The notes below the pieces were generated by a model that was given only the letters and a program-made list of their open reading frames with translations, did no database searches and had not been told where the DNA came from. Made by a program: the position numbers and the translations under genes. A stretch of 37,305 bases of DNA, from NCBI GenBank assembly GCA_903821905.1, contig CAIJMQ010000018.1:1-37305 (forward strand). Reading direction: 5' to 3'. This DNA comes from an uncultured bacterium. Lineage in GTDB: Bacteria; CAIJMQ01. Shown piece after piece: positions 9,555 to 18,219 of the stretch (its first letter is position 1; every line of letters begins with the position of its first letter).

Positions 9555-10283
9555 ATGAAAGGATACATCCATTCCATTGAAACATTAGGAGCTCTTGATG
9601 GGCCGGGATTGAGAGTTGTTGTTTTCTTTCAGGGATGTCCTATGCGCTGCAAGTATTGCCAGAACCCTGATACCTGGGCACTTAAAGACGGCATTCTAAC
9701 AGATACCAACACCCTCATCAAAAAAATAGAAAACTACAAACCTTATTTCGGAGTAAAGGGCGGCATTACTGTTTCCGGAGGAGAACCTTTTATGCAAGCG
9801 GAATTCCTTCTTGATTTACTAAAAAATCTAAAGAAAAGAAAAATTAAAACTGTAGTTGATACCTGCGGATATTATCTTTCATCTACCGTAAAAAAATGTA
9901 TTGAATATATGGACTTTGTCCTTCTTGATATAAAACATACCGTTAACACTGAACATAAAAAACTGACAGGAAAATCTCTCACAAATGTACTCAAATTTTT
10001 AAATTACTGCTGCAGCCAAAGAAAAAAACTTTGGATAAGGCAAGTAATTATCCCCGGTATCAATGATACTAAAAAAGACATGCAACAGCTTGCTTGTCTT
10101 GTAAAAGATTGCAAATCCATCCAAAAGATTGAACTGCTTCCTTATCATTTAATGGGCAAGTGGAAATGGAAAAAGTTAGGTAAAAAATATCTATTACAGA
10201 AGAAGAAGGGCCCTACACCTGAAAAAATCCGAAAATTGAAAATTTATTTATCCAGACAATTAAAATGCGCGGATGAAATTTAG
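9555..10283 (+). CDS. pflA: Pyruvate formate-lyase activating enzyme (radical SAM)
   Basis: DGPGLR..GCPMRCKYCQNPDTW (CxxxCxxC), SGGEP, ELLPYH. Confidence 0.96.
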   Translation: MKGYIHSIETLGALDGPGLRVVVFFQGCPMRCKYCQNPDTWALKDGILTDTNTLIKKIENYKPYFGVKGGITVSGGEPFMQAEFLLDLLKNLKKRKIKTVVDTCGYYLSSTVKKCIEYMDFVLLDIKHTVNTEHKKLTGKSLTNVLKFLNYCCSQRKKLWIRQVIIPGINDTKKDMQQLACLVKDCKSIQKIELLPYHLMGKWKWKKLGKKYLLQKKKGPTPEKIRKLKIYLSRQLKCADEI

Positions 10284-12661
10284 TAAAGCTCGACAACTAC
10301 TTCATTATGTTTCTTGCAGTTTTCAACCAACAGGAGATTACCCTTAACATCTTTGCCATTTAGGCTTAATTTCTTTACGCCTTTGCCCTTTGAACCGTTA
10401 TTTATCTTGACATTAAAATCCATTCCGCGGAATTTGCGCGTTATATGAATTTGTTTCCACTTTGACGGTAAACAGGGGTCAATTAATAAACCTTTATAAT
10501 CCGGTCTAATGCCTAAAATATATTGAGTGGCTGCATAATAAGACCAGGAAACCGTACCGCTAAGCCAAGGTATACGACCGGCACCAAAACGCCTACTGGG
10601 TTTGGCATGAGTCCATTGGCAGTGGACATACGGTTCAACCTGTCGAATCTCTGCTTTATCGTTAAAAGCCGATGGCATATAAGCACGATAATACTCATAA
10701 GCCCTATCATTATGTCCGAGCATCGTTTCGGCTATAACAGCCCAGCCTTGAGTATGATTAAAAATAGAACCATTTTCCTTTGTACCGGCTGGGAAAATAA
10801 CCCCGCCGTAAATATCCGTATTCTTCCTGAATGGCGGGGCCAATAACATCACTCCGTATTCAGAAAACAAGCGTTTATATACACTGTCCATTGCGGTTTT
10901 TGCCTGTTGTGACGTAGCAATTCCGCTGAGAATAGCCCAAGATTGTGTTTCAAGGAAAATCGAGCCCTCGGATTCGGATTTACTTCCGACTATACGACCA
11001 TCTTCACGCAATGCTCTTACAAACCATTCTCCGTCCCAAGTGTACTTTTGAATATTTTCATCAAGTTTCTTGAGATTATCTTTAGCCCAAGAAACTTCAT
11101 CGGGTTTATTTAGCATTTCTGCAACTTCGGCATATACGACAAAAGCATAATGCAGCTGAAACGCTACAAATACGGACTCCATCTCTACGCCGCGGCTCAA
11201 ACAATCATTCCAGTCCGCCTGAAGTGCATTAGGTAACCCATGAGAACCACTATGGTTTAGATTGAATTCTATCGCTCGGCGTAAATGTCCAAGGATAGTA
11301 TCCTCACCATTATCTGCATAAGGTAAAACCTTCTCGTAGAAAGATGTATCACCTGTTTCTTTTACATAAGTCGGCACAGCATTGAATAACCAAAGACAAT
11401 CGTCAGACCTATACTGGTCAGGGGTTTTTTCTTTACCGGGATGATGTTCAAATGGCTTAACAATTGAAATTGCTCCGCCATTAGAACATTGCCCTGTAAT
11501 CATCAACTCAAGCCGTTGGCGAGCTTCGTCAGGAATTAATGACAAAGCTCCAATCATATCTTGCACAGTATCACGATAGCCCAATCCGTCACGTTCTCCT
11601 GTATAAACCAGTGAAGCAGTACGAGACCAAGCATAAGTAATCAAACAGTTATATGCATTCCAGACATTAACCATACTATCAAAATCTTTATCGGGTGTTT
11701 CCACATTAAGCACATTAAGAAGACCATGCCATTTGTTCTTCACATTCTCAAATGCTTCGTGTACCTTATCCATTGAACTTAGTTCAGAGAGTGCTTTCTT
11801 TCCGTCATATGCAGCACTGCCTATTCCCATCACTACGGAAAATTCTTTACTTTGCCCCGGCGCAAGTTCAATATCTATCTGTAATGTTCCGCAACCATTA
11901 TCACCATAAGCGCATGAACCCATGCATTTGCCTTTTTCAACCACAATCGGATTAGAATAACTGCGATAAGGTCCCAAGAATATATCTCTGTCGGTATCAA
12001 AACCTGAAGGTTTTGCGCCAACAAGCCCCAAAAATAAGTATTTATCAATTACACGTGATTTGGGGTCAGATGGATTACCGGCATAATTAGGATGCACAAT
12101 ATAACTAATCATACCTTCGGTCATGCCACAGTCTATAATATGCTGAGAATATTGCTGGTTGAACACATCTTGGAAAATCGACCATTCGCTTGCAAACTCT
12201 ACAAAAGTAAAGATACTCAACTTGCGAGTTTTTTTAGATTCATTAGTAAGTTTTAAAACCCAACATTCATACAATTTATCCAGCGGAACAAAATAAGTAG
12301 ATTCAGAATTTATTTCGTTATAATTTGATTCGATAATAGTATAAGCTGTGCCGTGTCGGCAGGTGGTTTTATACTTATCCAACGGTTTACCTGTGGGCTG
12401 CCAACTTGAAGACCAGTAATCGCCGGATTCTTTATCTCGGATGTAAAAATATCTGCCAGGTTGGTCCATCGGAATGTTATTGAAGATTATGCGCGTAAAT
12501 CTACCGCGAGCTGCGGAACGCCAGAAACTATAACCACCGGCATTGTTTGTAATAATTGCGCCATACTCCGTAGAGCCCAAATAATTACTCCACGAACGAG
12601 GTGTGTTAGGTTTTGTGATTACATATTCTTTATTCTTGTCATCAAAATGTCCGAATTGCAT
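10280..12661 (-). CDS. GH94 glycoside phosphorylase (chitobiose/cellobiose phosphorylase-like)
   Basis: TPRSWSNYLG..NNAGGYSF, DGLGYRDTVQD, RSDDCLWL, catalytic ADWND, KENGSIFNH, WLSGT. Confidence 0.92.
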   Translation of the reverse strand: MQFGHFDDKNKEYVITKPNTPRSWSNYLGSTEYGAIITNNAGGYSFWRSAARGRFTRIIFNNIPMDQPGRYFYIRDKESGDYWSSSWQPTGKPLDKYKTTCRHGTAYTIIESNYNEINSESTYFVPLDKLYECWVLKLTNESKKTRKLSIFTFVEFASEWSIFQDVFNQQYSQHIIDCGMTEGMISYIVHPNYAGNPSDPKSRVIDKYLFLGLVGAKPSGFDTDRDIFLGPYRSYSNPIVVEKGKCMGSCAYGDNGCGTLQIDIELAPGQSKEFSVVMGIGSAAYDGKKALSELSSMDKVHEAFENVKNKWHGLLNVLNVETPDKDFDSMVNVWNAYNCLITYAWSRTASLVYTGERDGLGYRDTVQDMIGALSLIPDEARQRLELMITGQCSNGGAISIVKPFEHHPGKEKTPDQYRSDDCLWLFNAVPTYVKETGDTSFYEKVLPYADNGEDTILGHLRRAIEFNLNHSGSHGLPNALQADWNDCLSRGVEMESVFVAFQLHYAFVVYAEVAEMLNKPDEVSWAKDNLKKLDENIQKYTWDGEWFVRALREDGRIVGSKSESEGSIFLETQSWAILSGIATSQQAKTAMDSVYKRLFSEYGVMLLAPPFRKNTDIYGGVIFPAGTKENGSIFNHTQGWAVIAETMLGHNDRAYEYYRAYMPSAFNDKAEIRQVEPYVHCQWTHAKPSRRFGAGRIPWLSGTVSWSYYAATQYILGIRPDYKGLLIDPCLPSKWKQIHITRKFRGMDFNVKINNGSKGKGVKKLSLNGKDVKGNLLLVENCKKHNEVVVELY

Positions 12662-12723
12662 GGGGATATTATATCAGAATTTTTATTCTGTGCTTATTTT
12701 TAATATAATACTTAAATCAAACC

Positions 12724-14121
12724 ATGAAAATTAAACTACTCGGTGCAGCCGGAGATGTAACTGGTTCAAGGTTCCTACTGGAAAGTGATGAATCTAAGGT
12801 TTTAATAGATTGCGGTTTATATCAGGGGAGAGAATCACGTGCGCACAACTGGGAAAAATTTCCAGTAGACCCTTCAAGTATAGATAACATAATTATCACG
12901 CATGCACACCTGGACCACTGCGGATATTTGCCAAAGCTGGTAAAAGAAGGATTCAATGGTAAAATATTCTGTACTCCTCCAACTGCAGAGATTGCGCAAA
13001 TTTCCCTTTTAGATTCTGCAAAATTACAAGAAGAGGATGCAGAATATAAAAAATTTAGACACGAACGGGAAGGGAAAAAGGGGCCACATCCTGAGATTCC
13101 ACTTTATACGGTCGAAGATGCGGAAAAGGTTTTCCCTTTATTTGAAACCGTGCCCTATAAAAATGAAATTCAAATTACTCCTGATATAAGAGCAACTCTT
13201 TATGACGCCGGGCACGTGCTTGGTTCATCAATGGTAGAGCTAATATTCAATAATAACGGTAAAGAAAATAAAATCATCTTCTCAGGCGATATAGGCAGAC
13301 AAGGAAACCCTATTCTTTGTGACCCGACTACTTTCCAGGAAGCCGATTATGTTTTTATGGAAACAACCTATGGTAATAGACTTCACGAAGACGGAAAGCC
13401 ATCTGTAGAAAAGTTTCAGAGAATAATAATAGATACTAAAAATAGAGGCGGTAATATCGTTATACCAACATTTGCCATCGAGAGGACACAGGACCTTCTC
13501 TTTTATTTAAGTCGTCTGTTAAGAGATAAAAAAATACCCCCCCTTAGGGTCTTTGTCGATAGTCCAATGGCTATAAATGTTACCGAGGTTTTCAAAAATT
13601 ATACTGATTACTTTGACGAAGAAACACGAAATCTTATTAAAAGCGGGAAGTCCCCGTTTGATTTTCCGTCACTAAAAACAACAAGGTTAAGCTCCGAGTC
13701 AAAAGAAATCAACGATGTAAAGGGAACTTCTATTATTATGGCCGGCTCCGGTATGTGTACGGGAGGTAGAATAAAACATCATCTTGTAAAAAATATTACA
13801 AGACCAGAAAGCACTATACTGTTTGTGGGTTACCAAGCGCAAGAAACTTTGGGAAGAGAAATACTCGAGAGGCCTCAGTCTGTTAGAATCTTGGGTAATG
13901 TATATTCCATCCGAGCAAAAATTGAAAAAATAAACGGATTCTCCGCTCATGCCGATAGAGATGAGCTGCTTAGATGGGTTTTGAGTTTCAAGGAAGCTCC
14001 CAAGAAAATATTTCTTGTCCACGGCGAAAAAGAGGTCGCAGAGAGCTTCGCTTCACTTTTGAGAGAAAAGATAAAAAGCGAAATCATAGCTCCGGGATAT
14101 CCCCAAGAATATACTCTCTAA
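12724..14121 (+). CDS. MBL-fold metallo-hydrolase, beta-CASP ribonuclease family
   Basis: VTGS, DCG, THAHLDHCG, AGHVLGS, FSGDIG, ETTYG, GSGMCTGGRI, FSAHAD, VHGE. Confidence 0.93.
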   Translation: MKIKLLGAAGDVTGSRFLLESDESKVLIDCGLYQGRESRAHNWEKFPVDPSSIDNIIITHAHLDHCGYLPKLVKEGFNGKIFCTPPTAEIAQISLLDSAKLQEEDAEYKKFRHEREGKKGPHPEIPLYTVEDAEKVFPLFETVPYKNEIQITPDIRATLYDAGHVLGSSMVELIFNNNGKENKIIFSGDIGRQGNPILCDPTTFQEADYVFMETTYGNRLHEDGKPSVEKFQRIIIDTKNRGGNIVIPTFAIERTQDLLFYLSRLLRDKKIPPLRVFVDSPMAINVTEVFKNYTDYFDEETRNLIKSGKSPFDFPSLKTTRLSSESKEINDVKGTSIIMAGSGMCTGGRIKHHLVKNITRPESTILFVGYQAQETLGREILERPQSVRILGNVYSIRAKIEKINGFSAHADRDELLRWVLSFKEAPKKIFLVHGEKEVAESFASLLREKIKSEIIAPGYPQEYTL

Positions 14122-14159
14122 ACTTTCTATTAAAAATTTTTCGTGATACAATTTAAACT

Positions 14160-14666
14160 ATGAAAGAGAAAATTCTTATTAGTATCGTGATGGGCAGCGA
14201 CAGCGACTTGCCCGTTTCAAAAAATACCACAGAAATCCTTGATAAGATACATTTAGGTTACGAAGTAAATATTCTTTCCGCGCACAGAACACCCGAAGAG
14301 ACTGCTAAATATGCAAAAGGGCTTCAGAAACGCGGCATTGAAGTAGTAATCGCTTTAGCAGGAGGAGCGTTCCATTTGGCAGGCGTAATTGCTGCATATA
14401 CAACTATTCCCGTAATCGCGGTTCCCTTGGCAGTCCCACCCTTAAACGGCTTGGATTCATTCCTATCAACACTGCAAATGCCAAGAGGCATACCTGTTGC
14501 AGTTATGGCTGTCGGCAATTGGGGCGCAACGAATGCCGGGATTTTTGCATCTGAGATATTGGCATTGAAATATCCATCTATTAAAGTATCTCTAAGCAAG
14601 ATGCGTAAGGAATCAGCTCAAAAGGTCTGTGAGCAGAACAAAAAACTAAGTTGCAGGAAGAAATAG
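14160..14666 (+). CDS. purE: N5-carboxyaminoimidazole ribonucleotide mutase
   Basis: MGSDSDL, SAHRTPE, HLAGVIA, GLDSFLSTLQMPRGIPVA. Confidence 0.95.
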   Translation: MKEKILISIVMGSDSDLPVSKNTTEILDKIHLGYEVNILSAHRTPEETAKYAKGLQKRGIEVVIALAGGAFHLAGVIAAYTTIPVIAVPLAVPPLNGLDSFLSTLQMPRGIPVAVMAVGNWGATNAGIFASEILALKYPSIKVSLSKMRKESAQKVCEQNKKLSCRKK

Positions 14667-15115
14667 AAAAAGCCAAAATAGCCGCATTCCGACTTCTTTC
14701 CTACCGCATGAGGTCATGCAAGGAAATATCCGATAAACTCAAAGAGAAAGGATTTCCTCAAGATATAATCCGCACTGTAATCAAAGATTTAAAAAGATTA
14801 GACTTCTTGAATGATCTGAATTTCGCTAAAGCATTTGTCGAAAGCCGTCTGATACATAACCCCAAAGGAAGAGCATTTCTGCGTTATGAACTATTTAAAA
14901 AAGGGGTAGAGAACAAAATTATAGACGAGGCAATCGGAGAAAAAATATCTGCCGAAAAAGAAGAGGATATAGCACAACTTTTAGCGGAAAAGGTCTGGCA
15001 GAAGAAAAAGAATGTTGAAGTAATGAAAAGAAAAGCCCAAACCTATAATTATTTAGCAAGAAGAGGTTTCCCTGCTTCTCTTGTAACAAAGATAGTAGAA
15101 GAGAAAAAGGACTGA
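14651..15115 (+). CDS. recX: Regulatory protein RecX
   Basis: AFRLLSYRMRSCKEI..KL, LNDLNFA, LRYELFKKGV, YLARRGF. Confidence 0.92.
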   Translation: MQEEIEKAKIAAFRLLSYRMRSCKEISDKLKEKGFPQDIIRTVIKDLKRLDFLNDLNFAKAFVESRLIHNPKGRAFLRYELFKKGVENKIIDEAIGEKISAEKEEDIAQLLAEKVWQKKKNVEVMKRKAQTYNYLARRGFPASLVTKIVEEKKD

Positions 15116-15135
15116 AATCTAAAGTTATCTTATCT

Positions 15136-16476
15136 TTACCTAAAATATCTCAGGTATAAAAACAGATTACAGAGCGCTATAACTATTATCATCGCCGGCA
15201 TTGCATATTTACAATATCTTGGCCAGCCAACCTTGTAGCCATTTTTCTCTGCATTTGCAATACCTACAACATTTGCTGATGCGCCGATTGGTGTACCATT
15301 GCCGCCAATATCAGTTCCCAAAGCAAGTGACCAAGATAATGTTCCCAAAGGAATTCCGGTTTTTGAAAGTCCAAAAATAACCGGGACCATAGTTGCAGCA
15401 AACGGTATATTGTCAATTATTGCCGATGCAAACGCTGAAAGCCATAGGATTATGGACACAGTTAAAAAGGCATTCCCCTTTGAGATACTGCCAATCCATT
15501 GTGCCAATATATCAAGAATTTTTGTGTATTCCAGTCCACCAACACATATAAAAAGCCCGAAGAAAAACAATAATGTCCGCCAATCAATCCGTCTAATGAC
15601 TTTATGATGCGATTTAAACATAAAAAGTAAAGTTAGGACGGCAGCAATTACTCCTATAAAAGCAACCGAAAGACCTGTCGATGCATGCGTAATAAGCAAA
15701 GTTGCAACGATAATAAATAAAACTACATATGCTAAAAACAACTGTTTATGTCGAATAGCCCTATTAGGATTTGGATACATTTTAGGGTTTAGTTCTGTTT
15801 TTGAAACCAGCTCTTTCTTGAAAACAATATAGAAAAATATTAACGTAAAAATTACTCCTATCCATGCAATTAGTCCTGTATTTTTCAGAAAATCAAAAAA
15901 CGTAAAACCAAATGATGTCCCTATGATTATGTTTGGCGGGTCACCGCACATTGTAGCGCTGCCGCCTGTATTTGCAGCAAAAATTTCAGAAATTATGACT
16001 GGTATCGGGTCAAATTTTAATAATCTCGCAAGTTCAATTGTAACAGTTGAAAGGAAAAGAAGAACTGTTATGCTATCAATAAACATTGAAAGAAATGCCG
16101 AAAGAAGTATAAAGGAAATAAATATCGGTACAACTTTGTAGTTTACCAGCTTAGCAACACAAAGACACAGCCATCTAAAAAAACCAACTCTTGCAAGTCC
16201 TTCCACCATCACCATCATCCCCGCAATAAAGATTATCGTCTGCCAATTGACGCCATGAGACACTCCTTCTTTAAGTCCTTTTGTTATCCAAAATGAAGGA
16301 TGGAAGATTTCTTTGATATTTAAAACCCAGAGGATTGCATCAGGCGTTCTTAATACAAAAATTGTAATTAGCAATGCACCTATTAACGCGGGAATGTACC
16401 TATGCCACTTTTCTAAAATAATTGAAACAAACATGGCCCCGAAAATTATAATAGCCAGTATTTGAGTCCCTGTCAT
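15136..16476 (-). CDS. ArsB/NhaD-family (P-protein/CitMHS-like) ion transporter
   Basis: Multi-TM protein; AANTGGSATMCGDPPNIIIG, SAIIDNIP, GTDIGGNGTPIGASANVV. Confidence 0.9.
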   Translation of the reverse strand: MTGTQILAIIIFGAMFVSIILEKWHRYIPALIGALLITIFVLRTPDAILWVLNIKEIFHPSFWITKGLKEGVSHGVNWQTIIFIAGMMVMVEGLARVGFFRWLCLCVAKLVNYKVVPIFISFILLSAFLSMFIDSITVLLFLSTVTIELARLLKFDPIPVIISEIFAANTGGSATMCGDPPNIIIGTSFGFTFFDFLKNTGLIAWIGVIFTLIFFYIVFKKELVSKTELNPKMYPNPNRAIRHKQLFLAYVVLFIIVATLLITHASTGLSVAFIGVIAAVLTLLFMFKSHHKVIRRIDWRTLLFFFGLFICVGGLEYTKILDILAQWIGSISKGNAFLTVSIILWLSAFASAIIDNIPFAATMVPVIFGLSKTGIPLGTLSWSLALGTDIGGNGTPIGASANVVGIANAEKNGYKVGWPRYCKYAMPAMIIVIALCNLFLYLRYFR

Positions 16477-16550
16477 TTTATCTTTAATGCTCCTCTATGG
16501 CACTTCCTACATAAACAACATTCAATAAGACCAATGCTACGTAAAAAATT

Positions 16551-17492
16551 TTACTGAAGTACAAGTGAGGCACAGGATATAATCCCTGTATCCTTGCCCA
16601 ATTGGGCAGGGACAACTTTTACATCTTTTGCCAGCAGCGAGAAGCTCCTTTCATCTATGGTTTTCTTTATTGTTGAGAAGAGTATTTCTCCCACTTGTGC
16701 AACCCCACCACCGATGACAATAACTTGAGGATTTAATAAATTCACTAGTCCACTTAATAGAGTTCCCAGATATACTCCCACCTCTATCCATACTTCTTTC
16801 GCTAATTTATCACCTCTGTTATATGCTTCTGAGATTATTTTCGGAGTGATTTTATCTATTTTCCCGTAAACTATTTCTAATATCAAAGATTTTCTAACTT
16901 TCAACTTCTTTTTTGCCATATCCACAATATATTTAGCTCCAACATACTGTTCTATACAACCGATATTGCCGCATTTACATTTGGGACCGGCATAACAAAT
17001 CGGCATATGACCTATTTCAACCGCCGAATATTTAGCTCCTCTAAGAAGTTCGCCGTTCAATACAACGCCGCCCCCTACGCCTGTCCCCAGTGTTATACAA
17101 ATGATATTATCATAATTTTTCCCTGCACCAAATTTATACTCGCCCCAAGTAATGGCATTTGCATCATTATCAACTTTTACAGGAAGAGAAAATTTCTGTT
17201 CAAAGATTTTCTTCAAATTCAAATTATTCCAATTAGGAAGATTGGGAGCCAAAAAAACTTTACCATTTTTATCTACCAAACCAGGCGTCCCAATCCCTAT
17301 CCCCAGAAATTCTTTCTTAGGATAGTTCTTCATACAATTACCTATGCTTTCAGCCATTACTTTAATAATCTGTGCTCTACCCTTGCCTTGAGGAGTAGGT
17401 ATCTCTTTTTTACTTAAAATTTTACCTTTTTCATCAACAACTCCTATCTTAATAAATGTACCCCCCAAGTCCAGTCCTATAATCTTTTTCAT
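16551..17492 (-). CDS. ROK family sugar kinase (glucokinase-like)
   Basis: GLDLGGT, DNDANA, TLGTGVGGG, EIGH..CKCGNIGCIE; no N-terminal HTH. Confidence 0.93.
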   Translation of the reverse strand: MKKIIGLDLGGTFIKIGVVDEKGKILSKKEIPTPQGKGRAQIIKVMAESIGNCMKNYPKKEFLGIGIGTPGLVDKNGKVFLAPNLPNWNNLNLKKIFEQKFSLPVKVDNDANAITWGEYKFGAGKNYDNIICITLGTGVGGGVVLNGELLRGAKYSAVEIGHMPICYAGPKCKCGNIGCIEQYVGAKYIVDMAKKKLKVRKSLILEIVYGKIDKITPKIISEAYNRGDKLAKEVWIEVGVYLGTLLSGLVNLLNPQVIVIGGGVAQVGEILFSTIKKTIDERSFSLLAKDVKVVPAQLGKDTGIISCASLVLQ

Positions 17493-17495
17493 GGT

Positions 17496-18047
17496 TTATT
17501 CCAGATTAGTATGATATTTTAGAAGGTCATTATTCTGCAATCCTTTTTTCTTCTGAATAAGAATTGCCACTATGTCGCATAAGATCAAAAGGCTCTGTTC
17601 AAAGAGGTTGCTTAGCGGCTGAAAAGACCTTTTTTCTGCAGGAGAATCCAGCTTAATAGATGCGGGTATATAAACTATAAAATCTGCAACTCTTGAAATT
17701 TCCGAGTCCTTTCTGGCAGTAATTAAAGCAATCTTCATCCCTATTTCTTTTGCTTTTTTAGCTACATTCAAGGGGAAAATACTCTTTCCGGAACCAGAAG
17801 CAACAATGAGAAGGTTGTCTTTGGAAACCGGCGGTTGAACAATCTCTCCGACAACATGCTCATCCAAACCAAGGTGCCCTAATCTCTTGGCAAAAGCTTC
17901 TATCATTAACTTGGTCCTGCCTGACCCAACTACAAAAACCTTACTCGAAGAAGAAATAGCTTCAATCAGCTTATCTACTCCTTCTACTTTATTTAAAGCA
18001 GAATTAATCTCTTTTATTACCTGTTCTTTAATTTCTAAAAAATCCAT
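17496..18047 (-). CDS. hxlB: SIS-domain sugar-phosphate isomerase, 6-phospho-3-hexuloisomerase-like
   Basis: VGSGRT..AFAKRL.HLG, ASGSG, QPL..LFEQ, C-terminal HTNLE. Confidence 0.85.
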   Translation of the reverse strand: MDFLEIKEQVIKEINSALNKVEGVDKLIEAISSSSKVFVVGSGRTKLMIEAFAKRLGHLGLDEHVVGEIVQPPVSKDNLLIVASGSGKSIFPLNVAKKAKEIGMKIALITARKDSEISRVADFIVYIPASIKLDSPAEKRSFQPLSNLFEQSLLILCDIVAILIQKKKGLQNNDLLKYHTNLE

Positions 18048-18105
18048 TCCCCTCCCTACCTCTGGTGATATTTTACCATACTCTGTTATTCAGCAAAATC
18101 ACCAT

Positions 18106-18135
18106 TTGACAACCTCTTATTTACTCTGGTATTCT
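18106..18135 (+). promoter_or_regulatory. Putative sigma70 promoter for the diguanylate cyclase
   Basis: TTGACA-18 bp-TATTCT with an extended -10 TG. Confidence 0.55.
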
Positions 18136-18159
18136 TTTTTAGTTTCAAAGGAGAAACAT

Positions 18160-18219
18160 ATGTATTGTTCATCAGAATCCTACCCAAGAAGTTCCCAAAT
18201 ATACCCCCCAAAAAAATGA
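18160..18219 (+). CDS. Putative 19-aa leader peptide (MYCSSESYPRSSQIYPPKK), or a frameshifted N-terminus of the DGC
   Basis: AAAGGAGA RBS before ATG 18160; its TGA overlaps the DGC ATG (ATGA) after a C6A7 run. Confidence 0.45.
   Translation: MYCSSESYPRSSQIYPPKK

Noticed and set aside
9555-10283. Radical SAM enzyme as maturase partner for the PqqD/RRE protein
   Set aside because: It is a typical PFL activase next to pflB, lacks a SPASM domain and lies 24 kb away.
18165-18215. TTG start at 18165 for the diguanylate cyclase
   Set aside because: The SD spacing fits ATG 18160 (another frame) better; ATG 18216 is the first in-frame ATG. Not fully excluded.
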